A stretch of DNA of 64,000 nucleotides from Chloroflexota bacterium (lineage in GTDB: Bacteria > Chloroflexota > UBA11872 > VXOZ01). The DNA lies in NCBI GenBank assembly GCA_963662335.2, contig CAXXVD010000001.1:544001-608000 (forward strand). Direction: 5' to 3'. Under the pieces are notes generated by a model. It was not told the DNA's origin. It ran no database searches and saw only the letters and a list, made by a program, of their open reading frames with translations. A program made the position numbers and the translations under genes. Shown here one piece after another: positions 1-9,542 of the stretch (the first letter of the stretch is position 1; every line of letters begins with the position of its first letter).

Positions 1-2
1 AA

Positions 3-125
3 GCTGAACGCCAAGCACTGGAAATGCGCATGACCATTCGCCTGGGCACGATGATGGTGATTGTGGCCGGCTTGCAGATTGCTTTTCTCGTGTTCCTCTT
101 GGCGCTCCTCGGTGTCCTACCGTGA
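3..125 (+). CDS. 3' end of a small coiled-coil plus C-terminal TM protein (CCDC90/DUF1640-like), truncated by window start
   Basis: Hand translation: AERQALEMRMTIRLGTMMVIVAGLQIAFLVFLLALLGVLP*; LEMRMTIRLG followed by a hydrophobic tail resembles DUF1640-type C-termini. Confidence 0.55.
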   Translation, partial: AERQALEMRMTIRLGTMMVIVAGLQIAFLVFLLALLGVLP

Positions 126-239
126 CCGGGCAACGCAAGTGAGGAATGCCCGCCTCCGGAGTCGCGAGCCCCCTGTGGACTGTGCCGAGCACTATTACTC
201 TCTTGTGCCGGGAAGTCCTACGCCACCCATCACGGTGAT

Positions 240-986
240 TCAGAGTGAATCGCCGCCGTCCACGTCGAGAGTCTGTCCCGTGACCCAGGCCGCTTCATCC
301 GCCGCCAGGTAGACGGCTGAGAGCGCCACGTCTGCCGGATGCCCATCGCGTCCAAGGGCTGCCGGCGGCAGGCCGGCGTCTTCCGCGCCGCGCGTATCAC
401 CAATGGACCCGGGGCAGATGCAGTTTACGCGGATGCCGTGCGCGCGGTACTCCCGCGCCAGGGTGCGGGTGAGGCCGACCAGCGCCTCTTTACCGGCCGC
501 GTAGCCAACGTTGGCTTCCCGGCGCGTGCGCCGGGCCGCCGCCACGAAGAGGATCGAGCCGCTGCCCTGCCGCATCATCGGCGGCAACACCGCATGAGCG
601 CAGTAGTAGGCCGTATCGACGTTTATGCTCATGAGGTAACGCCACTCGTCGGGCGCCGTCTCGTGCAACTTCTGCTCGCCATAGGCGTAGTCGCCGAGGT
701 TGTCGAAGAGCACGTCGATGCGCCCCCAGCGGTCAAGCGCCGCATGCGCCATCGCTTCAGCCCCGGCAGGCGTGGCCAGGTCGGCGGTGGCAACCGCGGC
801 CTCGCCGCCACGCTCCCGGATCTCCTGCGCCAGCGCCGCCAGCGGTTCGGCCCGCCGCGCTACCAGCAGCACCTTCGCCCCCTCATGCGCAAACCGCAAC
901 GGCGTCGCGCGTCCCATGCCGCCCCCGGCCCCGGCAATCACCGCCACCTTTCCCGCCAAACGACCCGAACCTGCCCGGTCTTCCAT
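240..986 (-). CDS. Short-chain dehydrogenase/reductase (SDR)
   Basis: GAGGGMG Rossmann motif, YAAGK (YxxxK), VNCICPG, VTGQTLDVDGG. Confidence 0.93.
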   Translation of the reverse strand: MEDRAGSGRLAGKVAVIAGAGGGMGRATPLRFAHEGAKVLLVARRAEPLAALAQEIRERGGEAAVATADLATPAGAEAMAHAALDRWGRIDVLFDNLGDYAYGEQKLHETAPDEWRYLMSINVDTAYYCAHAVLPPMMRQGSGSILFVAAARRTRREANVGYAAGKEALVGLTRTLAREYRAHGIRVNCICPGSIGDTRGAEDAGLPPAALGRDGHPADVALSAVYLAADEAAWVTGQTLDVDGGDSL

Positions 987-1063
987 TCTCTTCTTTCCTT
1001 TAAGAATCTAATTCCTACGCGCTACGACGGCTGGCGGCTGAGGGATGACTTTTTTCCGCAGCA

Positions 1064-1092
1064 CAGGCCCTGCGACCGGCTCAGGACACGTT
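1064..1092. repeat. REP-like family F variant (CAGGCCCTGCG..GGCTCAGGACACGTT)
   Basis: Near-identical copy at 41253-41281. Confidence 0.6.
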
Positions 1093-1304
1093 TGCGACCG
1101 GCGCCGCCTCCCGCGAGCCATGGCTTCACGCCATACCCCATCGTACTCTCGCGGCTTCTCCAGGGCAATCGCGCCTTATCCGAGCAGGACTGCGAGCGGG
1201 CAGTTCTCGTTCCCGCCGGCCCTCAGACACCTGGCGGCGGCGCGCCGGGGCATCTTGTATAATGCGCAGGGACTATTCACCGCATCTTAGAGAAGGATAC
1301 GGCA

Positions 1305-2153
1305 ATGAAGATTGGCATCTTTACCGACGAGGTGCATCCCGACTTCGATACGGGGCTGGGCGTGATGCGCGCGCACGGCATCATGTATGCCGAATTGCGC
1401 ACGATCAACGGCACGAACTTGATGGATCTTTCACCTGAAGAACTGGACGGCGTCGAGCGCTCGCTCGCGCGGAACGGCATCCAGGTGAGCGCCCTGGGCA
1501 CACCCATCTTCAAGTGCCCTCTGGAGGGGCGCGAGCGCAAGATCGAGGGCGACACCTTTGGCGCGCAGGAGATGACCTACGAGGAGCATCTGGCGCTGCT
1601 GCCGCACTGCTTCGCGCTGGCGGAGCGCTTTGGCACGCGGGTCGTGCGCTGCTTCTCGTTTTGGCGGGATGACGACCCGGCAGCGGTGTTTTCCAGAGTG
1701 GTGGAGCGCTTTGGGCCGGCGCTGGACGTAGCCGCCGCGCACGGCTTCGACCTCTGCATGGAGAACGAGCCGTCCTGCTACGCGGGCGTAGGCGAAGAGT
1801 CGCGGCGCTTGATCGAGGCGGTCGGCTCGCCGCGCCTGAAAGCGATCTGGGACCCGGGCAACTGCCTCTGGGACGATGAAGACCCGTATCCCAAGCACTA
1901 CGCGGCCATCAAGCCCTATCTGGCCCACATGCACGTGAAAGACGCCCGCCGGGTGAATGGTGAAGTCGAGGCGTGCCGGGTGGGCAAGGGCGCCACGGAC
2001 TACGCCGGCCAGTTCCGCGCGCTGGTCAAAGACGGCTACGACGGCGTCTATACGCTGGAGATGCACTACCAGGTGGCGGGCGGCCCGCCGGAAGCGGCGG
2101 CGATCGAGTCCGCCCAGGCGCTGCGGGAGATGCTGACGGCGGCGGGCGCATAA
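1305..2153 (+). CDS. Sugar phosphate isomerase/epimerase (xylose-isomerase-like TIM barrel, IolE/AP-endo2 family)
   Basis: Metal ligands in MENE, WDPGN, HMHVKD and TLEMH; RBS GAAGGA. Confidence 0.88.
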   Translation: MKIGIFTDEVHPDFDTGLGVMRAHGIMYAELRTINGTNLMDLSPEELDGVERSLARNGIQVSALGTPIFKCPLEGRERKIEGDTFGAQEMTYEEHLALLPHCFALAERFGTRVVRCFSFWRDDDPAAVFSRVVERFGPALDVAAAHGFDLCMENEPSCYAGVGEESRRLIEAVGSPRLKAIWDPGNCLWDDEDPYPKHYAAIKPYLAHMHVKDARRVNGEVEACRVGKGATDYAGQFRALVKDGYDGVYTLEMHYQVAGGPPEAAAIESAQALREMLTAAGA

Positions 2154-2157
2154 CGTG

Positions 2158-2190
2158 AGGGGCGGCGGCGCAATGCGCCGCCGCCCCTTT
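2158..2190. terminator. GC-rich hairpin between convergent genes, probable terminator
   Basis: AGGGGCGGCGGCG-caatg-CGCCGCCGCCCCT followed by TT. Confidence 0.6.
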
Positions 2191-2222
2191 CCGAGCCGGA
2201 GTGTTGAGGAACGGTGTGGCGG

Positions 2223-2453
2223 CTACTTCCCGTCGATCTCGGGAATGTCCAAATCCATGCCGGGGTAGATGGTCTTCGGGTCTTCGCCGTCGAAGCGCCA
2301 CTTGTTCTTCTGGAAGATCACTTCCCACTTATTGGCATCGCCGTACTCACGCTGCGCGATGTCTTCCAGGGTTTCCCCCGGGCCGACCTTGATCGTCTCG
2401 CGGACGCCGCCGCCTGACTTCTTCTTGCCAAACAATGCATCCAGGAAGCCCAT
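2223..2453 (-). CDS. Small LysM-domain protein (Kbp/YgaU-type LysM, no BON domain)
   Basis: VGPGETLEDIAQREYGDANKWEVIF...IYPGMDLDIP. Confidence 0.85.
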   Translation of the reverse strand: MGFLDALFGKKKSGGGVRETIKVGPGETLEDIAQREYGDANKWEVIFQKNKWRFDGEDPKTIYPGMDLDIPEIDGK

Positions 2454-2772
2454 CGCTCACTCCAATCTGTGCTGAACTACGCCTAGCCCCGGACTTCATC
2501 GTCCGCACAAGAGTATAGCAGCTTCACTCTAGGTTGGCAATGCCGGTCTCGCGTAAATTGAGAAAAGGAGGGCGGCGGTGGCGCCCTGCGCGCTGCGCGC
2601 TGCGCTGTGCCCGCGCGCGGCCCGGCGCTGCTGCCGTCATGCCATTGAACCCCGTAAGCGTCTGGTACCATGGTCGCAGGCGGCTGGGCGCGTACGCCGG
2701 CTGCGGTCTCGCCGGAGCGCCCACGAAGCGCGCCGCGCGTGTGTGGAATGGGACAGGTGGAGGCGAACTGCC

Positions 2773-4485
2773 GTGCCCGACGTATCGTTAGCGCTCAATC
2801 TCTCCGTGGCCGTCCTCGCCGCGTTTCTGGCGGGGCTGGTGGCGCAACGAGTCGGTCTGCCGGTGATTCTGGGATACCTGCTCGCCGGCATCGCCATCGG
2901 GCCGTTCAGCCCCTTGCTGCGCGCCGACCAGCACGACGTCCAGGTGCTGGCCGAGATTGGCGTGATGTTCCTGCTCTTTGCCGTGGGCGCGGAGTTCTCG
3001 CTGCGCGAGTTGCGTCATCTGGGGCGCATCGTGGTCGTAGGCGGCATCGGACAGATCCTGCTGACGATGAGTCTTGGCCCGTTGGTGGGCAATGCGTTGG
3101 GGCTCTCCTTCGCGCAGGGGATACTGCTGGGCGCGCTCATAGCCCTCTCCAGCACGGTGGTGGTTGTCAAGGTGCTTATGACACGGGGCGAGTTGCAGGC
3201 CTTGCACGGCCGCATCGCGCTGGGCATCCTGATCCTGCAGGATATCGCGGTGGTGCCCATGGTCGTCATTCTGCCGGCGGTGGCGGCCGGCGGCGAGAAC
3301 GTGGCGCTGGACCTGCTCTTCCTGGCGGCGAAAGCGGCGGCGGTCTGCCTCGGCGCGTACTTCATCGGCGCGCGGGTAGCGCACTGGCTGCTGACGCACA
3401 TTGCCCACGGCGAATCGCGCGAACTCCTGATACTCGCCGTGGTCGCGTTGGCGCTCGGCACCGCGTTCGTGACCCAGTGGGTTGGCCTCTCGCTGGCGTT
3501 CGGCGCGTTTCTGGCCGGGCTGGTGGTGGCGGAATCTGAACTGCGCACGCAGGTGGTGGCGGAGGTCGTGCCCCTGCGCGACCTCTTCGCCTCGCTCTTC
3601 TTCGTCTCCGTCGGCATGTTGCTGGACCCGGTGTGGCTCTGGCACAACCTGGGCGCGGTCGGCATCGCGCTGGCTGCGGCCGTGCTCGGCAAGATAACCA
3701 TTCTGATGGTATTGCTCCTGCTGCTGCGCGTGCCGCCCCACGCCGCCGTGCGCAGCGCGCTGAGCCTGGGGCAGGTGGGCGAATTCTCTTTCGTCCTGGC
3801 CCAGATCAGCGTGGGAGCGGGCGCGCTGCCGGCCGCCATCTTCAACCTGTCAATCAGCACCGCGCTCATCAGCATCATCCTGACGCCGTTCCTGCTGCTG
3901 CTGGAGCCGCAGCTCTTGCGCGTGCTTGGGGCTTTGCCAATCATCGGGCCGCGGTTCGCGGAGCCGGATACCGCGCCCTCGTGGATGGGCCTCTTTCGCG
4001 ACCACGCGGTAATCTGCGGCTTTGGGCGCGTGGGCCGGGAACTCGCCGAGGCCCTGGACGCGCAGAATGTCAACTATGTTGTCGTGGAATACAACCCGCT
4101 CACCGTGCGTGAACTGCGGGAGCGCGGCATACCGGTGGTCTACGGCGACGCGGGCAGTCCCGCGGTGCTGGCGCACGCCAGCCTGGAGGAGGCGACGCTC
4201 TTGGCGGTGCTCGTCCACGATGACGTGGCGGCCGAGATTGCCGTGCGCCACGCGCGCATGCAAAACCCGGCGCTGGACATCATCGCGCGGGCGAGCAGCC
4301 GCGAAGCAATCCAGAAACTCCGCAACGCCGGGGCTTCGGAGGTCGTCCAACCGGAGTTCGAAGCCGGGGTGGAGGTGATCCAGCAGGTCTTCCTCCGGTA
4401 CGGCATTCACGGCGATGAGTTGGAGCATCTGGTCGGCGACCGCCGCACCACGTTCTACCGGCACTGGGAATCCCCGCAGAGATGA
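2773..4485 (+). CDS. CPA2 cation:proton antiporter with C-terminal RCK/TrkA-N domain (KefC/YbaL-like)
   Basis: Many TM segments, LQDI, LGQVGEFSF, ICGFGRVG; GTG start at 2773 after GGAGG is preferred over ORF start 2578. Confidence 0.92.
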   Translation: MPDVSLALNLSVAVLAAFLAGLVAQRVGLPVILGYLLAGIAIGPFSPLLRADQHDVQVLAEIGVMFLLFAVGAEFSLRELRHLGRIVVVGGIGQILLTMSLGPLVGNALGLSFAQGILLGALIALSSTVVVVKVLMTRGELQALHGRIALGILILQDIAVVPMVVILPAVAAGGENVALDLLFLAAKAAAVCLGAYFIGARVAHWLLTHIAHGESRELLILAVVALALGTAFVTQWVGLSLAFGAFLAGLVVAESELRTQVVAEVVPLRDLFASLFFVSVGMLLDPVWLWHNLGAVGIALAAAVLGKITILMVLLLLLRVPPHAAVRSALSLGQVGEFSFVLAQISVGAGALPAAIFNLSISTALISIILTPFLLLLEPQLLRVLGALPIIGPRFAEPDTAPSWMGLFRDHAVICGFGRVGRELAEALDAQNVNYVVVEYNPLTVRELRERGIPVVYGDAGSPAVLAHASLEEATLLAVLVHDDVAAEIAVRHARMQNPALDIIARASSREAIQKLRNAGASEVVQPEFEAGVEVIQQVFLRYGIHGDELEHLVGDRRTTFYRHWESPQR

Positions 4486-4507
4486 TTCCGGCTCATACTC
4501 CTCGGTT

Positions 4508-4541
4508 CCCTCTGCCGCGGGAGAGGGTTAGGGTGAGGGGG
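4508..4541. repeat. REP-like family E (CCCCTCACCCTAACCCTCTCCC), reverse copy
   Basis: GGGAGAGGGTTAGGGTGAGGGG; related copies at 10617, 45425, 49902, 56578 and 56697. Confidence 0.75.
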
Positions 4542-4579
4542 AATCTCTACATCCTCCACCCCACAGCGCGGCTTGGCGG

Positions 4580-5080
4580 CTAGGCGTCCCGCCAGAGTTT
4601 GCCGCGTTGCTTCACGTTCTCCAGCAGCGCTTCATCGAAGGGCGGCGGCGTGGGATACCCCTCCGGCTGCGGCGGTCTCCAACCCAGAATGAGCAGCACG
4701 GCGGGGTTTGTGTAGTAGGCGCTGTACGTCTGATGGAGCAGCGCACGGAAGAGTTCCGGCTGCGCCGCCTCTACTGCGCGCAGCGCCGCGTCACGATCAG
4801 AATCCGAAAGCGAGAGAAACGCAACGTGCGGGGACGCTTCGCCGCCGGCGGCTGCTGGCGCGCGTTCGCCGGCCGCTGCTTCGACGGCGTTGAGAGCGGC
4901 AAGGATGGGGCGGCGCAGGGCGGGGCGCTCTTTGAGGAAGCTATCCACCGTCTGGGCGCACCCGGCGTCGCCGGCGCCCGGCATCTCGTCCTGGGACGGA
5001 ATCAGCCGGTTTTGCATTGCTGCCAGGAGCGCAACTTGATGCGCGGCAAGGATTTCGCCGTCTTGGCGTTGTTCGCTCAT
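4580..5080 (-). CDS. Gluconate 2-dehydrogenase subunit 3 family small subunit
   Basis: RLIP..MPGAGDAG, FLSLSDSDRDAAL, YSAYYTNP..LGW; TAATG overlap with the upstream GMC gene. Confidence 0.82.
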   Translation of the reverse strand: MSEQRQDGEILAAHQVALLAAMQNRLIPSQDEMPGAGDAGCAQTVDSFLKERPALRRPILAALNAVEAAAGERAPAAAGGEASPHVAFLSLSDSDRDAALRAVEAAQPELFRALLHQTYSAYYTNPAVLLILGWRPPQPEGYPTPPPFDEALLENVKQRGKLWRDA

Positions 5081-6693
5081 TATGCTACCTCACGGAGATT
5101 ATGCTTCAGCCAGGCGGAGACGTAAAGGGCAAGCGCCTGAATGGTGCTGGTAGGATTGACCGCGGCCCCGGTGACGAAGATGCTGCCATCGATGATGAAG
5201 AGATTGGGAACGTCGTGCGCGCGGCCAAAGCGGTCTACCACCGACGCGGCCGGGTCATCGCCCATGCGCGCCGTGCCCATCAGGTGCCAGCCCGCGTTGC
5301 GGGCAAGCTCCTGGTGCATGATCTCGGTGGCGCCCGCGGCTTCCAGCAGTTCCCGCGCCCGCGCAATTCCGAAGTCTAGCGCCCTGCGGCTATTCTCGCT
5401 GACGGTATACGAGATTTTGGGCGCCGGAATGCCGTTGCCGTCCGTCAGAGTCGGGTCAAGCGCCACGCGGTTGTGCGCTTCGGGCAGGTCTTCGACCATG
5501 ATGGCGATGGCCAGCATGTGCGCGCTGCGCTCGCGGTGCACGCGATGATGGGCGTCCCCCCAGGGCACCGCCTCACCGGGGAAGTGTCCGATGGCGGTTG
5601 AGAGCGGGCCGCTTTCGCGGCATAACTGTATCTTGATGCCGCGCACGAAACCCCGGCTCAAGTCAGTCTCGTAGAATTCGTGGCAGTGCAAGAGCAGACC
5701 GACGGGTCCCGCATGGCCGTCGACCCTATCGGGAAAGACACCGCTGACGAAGGCGATCGGGTGAAACATGAGGTTGGCGCCGACCAGGCCGTTGGAATTG
5801 GCGAGGCCGTGCGGAAAGAGACTGGAAACGGAGTTCAGGAGCAGGCGCGGCGTGCCGACGCCGTTGCAGGCGACGACGACGACCCGCGCGCGTTGCTGGG
5901 CGATGCCGCCTTCCGCCGTGTAGTAGACCACGCCGCTGGCGCGGCCGCGCCGGTCAACCGTGATTTCGCGCACGCGGGCGCGGGTGATGAGGCGCGCGCC
6001 CTTGGCCACCGCCGCCGGCCAGTAGGTCACGTGGGCGCTGGACATCGCGCCGCGCGGGCAGCCCATGTCGCACGGGCCGCAATAGTTGCACACCTGCCGC
6101 CCGGCGCCGAAGGGCGCGGTGATGAGGGCATTCTCGGTCGGCCACCAATGCCAGCCCAGCTTGTCCAGGCCGCGCACGTACACTCTGGCGGCAGCGTCGA
6201 GGCCAAGCGGCGGCGTCTGCCGGGGCAAACGCGGCGGACCGCTGGGATCGCCTTCCAGCCCCGATACGCCAATGTTGGCGTCGTTCCGCTCATAGTACGG
6301 CTCCAGGTCCCAATACGTCAGCGGCCAGTCGTCGGCCACGCCGTCCAGCGACTTTACGCGGAAGTCCGACGGCCGAAAGCGCGGAAAGTGGCCGCTCCAA
6401 TGGACCGTGCTGCCGCCGACGGCGTTGAACATCAGCGGCACGATGGGCGTATCGTCGTTGTTGAGCGGGTAGTCCTCCGGCCGCTGCCGCACGTTCGGGT
6501 CTTTGGCGAAGTCGGTCTGCCGGTGCAGTTCCCAGTCCGGGCGGTGGTGCGGGTAGTCGGTAGGATCGAGCCAATCGCCCTGCTCCAAACAGACCACGTC
6601 GAGCCCGCCGGCAGCCAGCGACCACGCTGCCGCCGCGCCGGCAGCGCCGGCGCCGATGATCAAGACGTCCGCCGCGTCATGGTTGGACGCCAA
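5080..6693 (-). CDS. GMC-family FAD oxidoreductase (copy 2)
   Basis: IIGAGAAG, VGGSTVHW, CNYCGPCDMGC, HLMGTARMG, NPTSTIQAL. Confidence 0.93.
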   Translation of the reverse strand: MASNHDAADVLIIGAGAAGAAAAWSLAAGGLDVVCLEQGDWLDPTDYPHHRPDWELHRQTDFAKDPNVRQRPEDYPLNNDDTPIVPLMFNAVGGSTVHWSGHFPRFRPSDFRVKSLDGVADDWPLTYWDLEPYYERNDANIGVSGLEGDPSGPPRLPRQTPPLGLDAAARVYVRGLDKLGWHWWPTENALITAPFGAGRQVCNYCGPCDMGCPRGAMSSAHVTYWPAAVAKGARLITRARVREITVDRRGRASGVVYYTAEGGIAQQRARVVVVACNGVGTPRLLLNSVSSLFPHGLANSNGLVGANLMFHPIAFVSGVFPDRVDGHAGPVGLLLHCHEFYETDLSRGFVRGIKIQLCRESGPLSTAIGHFPGEAVPWGDAHHRVHRERSAHMLAIAIMVEDLPEAHNRVALDPTLTDGNGIPAPKISYTVSENSRRALDFGIARARELLEAAGATEIMHQELARNAGWHLMGTARMGDDPAASVVDRFGRAHDVPNLFIIDGSIFVTGAAVNPTSTIQALALYVSAWLKHNLREVA

Positions 6694-6736
6694 GCGTGCG
6701 CTCCTCAGCCGGCGACACCGCGTGCAGCCGGTGTGC

Positions 6737-8353
6737 TCACGACGCCACCTCGCGGAAGTTCTGCTTCAGCCAGTCGGAGACGTACAGCGCCAGGGCCTGA
6801 ATGGTGCTGGTAGGATTGACGGCGGCTGAAGTGACAAACAGGCTGCCATCGATGATGAACAGATTGGGCACGTCGTGGGCGCGTCCGTGACCGTCCACGA
6901 CGGAATTGGCGGGATCGTCGCCCATGCGCGCCGTGCCCATCAGGTGCCAACCCGTCTCCCGCGTGAGCGGTTGGTTCATTATCTGTGCAGCCCCGGCGGC
7001 GTCCATGAGGTCCCGCGCCCGCGCGATTGCGTAATCCAGATTCCTTCTGCTGTTCTCACTAACGCTGTACACAATCCTCGGCGCCGGTATGCCGTTGCCG
7101 TCCGCCAAAGCCGGGTCGATCTCCACACGATTGTGCGCCTCGGGCAGGTCTTCGATCATGACGCCGATCGTCAGCGAGTGCGCGCTGCGCTCGCGTTGTA
7201 CGCGATGGTGTTCTGCGCCCCAGGGGACCGCTTCACCGGGAAAGTTGCCAAGCGCAGTGGAGAGCGGGCCGCTTTCGCGGCCCATCTGGAGTTGAAAGCC
7301 ACGCACGAAGCCTCTGCGTGTATCGGTCTCATAGAATTCCTGACAGTGAACAACCATGCCGAGCGGCCCCACGTAAGCGTCTGTTGGCTCGCTGAAGACG
7401 CCGGTCACAAACGTCACGGGGTGAAACATGAGGTGTGTGCCGACCAGGCCGTTCGAATTGGCGAGTCCGTGGGGGAAGAGACTGGAAACTGAGTTGAGCA
7501 GCAGACGCGGCGTGCCGACCCCGTTGCAGGCGACGACGACGACCCGCGCCCGTTGCTGGGCAATGCCGCCGTCCGCGGTGTAGTAGACCGCGCCGTTGGC
7601 GCGGCCGCGGCGGTCTACCGTGATCTCGCGCACGCGGGCGCGGGTGATGAGGCGCGCGCCCTTGGCCACCGCCGCCGGCCAGTAGGTCACGTGGGCGCTA
7701 GAAATGGCCCCGCGCGGGCAGCCCATGTCGCACGGGCCGCAGTAGTTGCACTCCTGCCGCCCTTCGCCATAGGGCGCGGTGATGAGGGCGTTGTCCGTCG
7801 GCCACCAGTGCCAGCCCAATTCTTCCAGGCCGCGAACATAGGCTTTGGTGGCGGCATCGAGACCGAGCGGCGGCGTCTGGCGCGGCGTGCGCTCCGGATT
7901 GGCAGGATCGCCCGCGAGGCCCGACACACCGACGTTGGCGTCGTTTTGCTCGTAGTACGGCGCCAGGTCCCAATACGTCAGGGGCCAGTCGTCAGCGACG
8001 CCATCCAGCGTCTTCACCCGGAAGTCCGAGGGCCGAAAACGCGGAAAGTGGCCGCTCCAATGGATGGTGCTGCCGCCAACGGCGTTGAACATCAGCGGCA
8101 CAATGGGCGTGTCGTCGTTGTTGAGCGGATAGTCTTCCGGCCGCTGCCGCGCGTTGGGATCTTTGGCGAAATCGGTCTGCCGGTGCAACTCCCAGTCGAC
8201 ACCGGCGTGGGGATAGTCCGCGGGCTCGACCCAGTCGCCTTGCTCCAGGCACACGACGTCCAGGCCGCCTGAGGCCAGCGACCAGGCCGCCGCCGCGCCG
8301 GACGCGCCGGCGCCGATGATCAATACGTCCGCTACGTCATGCGCTTGCGCCAC
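6737..8353 (-). CDS. GMC-family FAD oxidoreductase (copy 1)
   Basis: Same motifs as its neighbour; GTG at 8353 preceded by AAAAGGAG. Confidence 0.93.
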   Translation of the reverse strand: MAQAHDVADVLIIGAGASGAAAAWSLASGGLDVVCLEQGDWVEPADYPHAGVDWELHRQTDFAKDPNARQRPEDYPLNNDDTPIVPLMFNAVGGSTIHWSGHFPRFRPSDFRVKTLDGVADDWPLTYWDLAPYYEQNDANVGVSGLAGDPANPERTPRQTPPLGLDAATKAYVRGLEELGWHWWPTDNALITAPYGEGRQECNYCGPCDMGCPRGAISSAHVTYWPAAVAKGARLITRARVREITVDRRGRANGAVYYTADGGIAQQRARVVVVACNGVGTPRLLLNSVSSLFPHGLANSNGLVGTHLMFHPVTFVTGVFSEPTDAYVGPLGMVVHCQEFYETDTRRGFVRGFQLQMGRESGPLSTALGNFPGEAVPWGAEHHRVQRERSAHSLTIGVMIEDLPEAHNRVEIDPALADGNGIPAPRIVYSVSENSRRNLDYAIARARDLMDAAGAAQIMNQPLTRETGWHLMGTARMGDDPANSVVDGHGRAHDVPNLFIIDGSLFVTSAAVNPTSTIQALALYVSDWLKQNFREVAS

Positions 8354-8538
8354 GCGCCCGCTCCTTTTGACCGGCATTGGGCAGGGATATCTGGGTTGAT
8401 TCTGGCGGCAAACCGTTGCGATGTCAATCAAGGCTGCGGCCGGGTCAGCGTGAAGTGTTGGGCAAGGTGCTATAGTGGTCTTGCTCCGCGCCGAATTTGA
8501 CGATTATGGCGAAGGCGATGGCACGAAGGAGAGCGCGC

Positions 8539-9417
8539 ATGGAACGCCGTACGTTGGGCACCACCGGCATCGAAGTCTCGGCCTTTGGGCTGGGCACCTG
8601 GGAGCTTGGCGGATTATGGTGGGGGCCGATTACCGCCGAGGACGGCGCGGCAATCCTACGCCGCGCGCTCGAACTGGGCGTTACCACCTATGACGCTTCC
8701 GACGCCTACGGCAACGGCCGCTCGGAGGTCATCCTGGGCGAGGCCTTTCGCGGGCGGCGTGAAGAGGCAGTCATCGTAACGAAAGCCGGCTACCTGGTGG
8801 GCATCGACGGCGCGCAGACGCTCTTCCTGCAGCGGGACGCGCCGCAGCCCCAATGCTACGAGCCGTGGTACCTCCGCCACGAGTGCGAACTGAGCCTGCG
8901 CCGCCTGCAAACCGACTACATCGACGCGTACCTGCTCCACGACCCGCCGGTGGACGTGGTGCAGCGCGAAGAACCCTGGGAGGCCCTGCGGGAACTGAAG
9001 CAGGCCGGCAAGGCGCGCAGCATTGGGATATCGTCCTCGGTTGCGGCCTGCCTGGAGGCGGTGCGGCGAGGATACGCGGACGTGGTGGAAGTCTCGTACA
9101 GCGTGGCGCTGCCAGAGGCGGCGGCGGAACTCTTCCCGCTCTGCGCGGAAAGAGGCGTCGGCGTGCTGGCGCGTTCGCCGTTCGCCTCCGGGCGTCTCTT
9201 CCAGGACGCGGCGATGGTCGAGCGCCTGACCGAAGAGCTTGTCAAGCCGCCAATCCAGTCCCTCCACGAAGCCGCCATCAAGTTCGTGCTCGCCCACCCC
9301 CACGTCGCTTCCTGCATTACCGGCGTGATGAACACGGCGGAACTGGAAAGCAACGCCCGCGCGGCTCAGCCGCCGTATCTATCTGCTGAGCAGCGCGCAC
9401 TGGTAGAGTCACAGTAA
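8539..9417 (+). CDS. Aldo/keto reductase
   Basis: LGTTGIEVSAFGLGTW, YDASDAYGNGRSE, SLRRLQTDYIDAYLLH; ATG 8539 after AAGGAG. Confidence 0.92.
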   Translation: MERRTLGTTGIEVSAFGLGTWELGGLWWGPITAEDGAAILRRALELGVTTYDASDAYGNGRSEVILGEAFRGRREEAVIVTKAGYLVGIDGAQTLFLQRDAPQPQCYEPWYLRHECELSLRRLQTDYIDAYLLHDPPVDVVQREEPWEALRELKQAGKARSIGISSSVAACLEAVRRGYADVVEVSYSVALPEAAAELFPLCAERGVGVLARSPFASGRLFQDAAMVERLTEELVKPPIQSLHEAAIKFVLAHPHVASCITGVMNTAELESNARAAQPPYLSAEQRALVESQ

Positions 9418-9542
9418 ATCCGGGCGGCTTCATTCAATCGACCGCAGGACGCCGCCGGCTGTCTGGTGCAGCGACCCTCTTTCGTCTGGTACAGTTTCTG
9501 ACAACACCCATTTGCAGAAGGCACGAACGCGGGAGACAACAC

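Noticed and set aside
2584-2625. Short CTGCGCG iterations
   Set aside because: Low-complexity GC-rich run with no link to the dispersed families.
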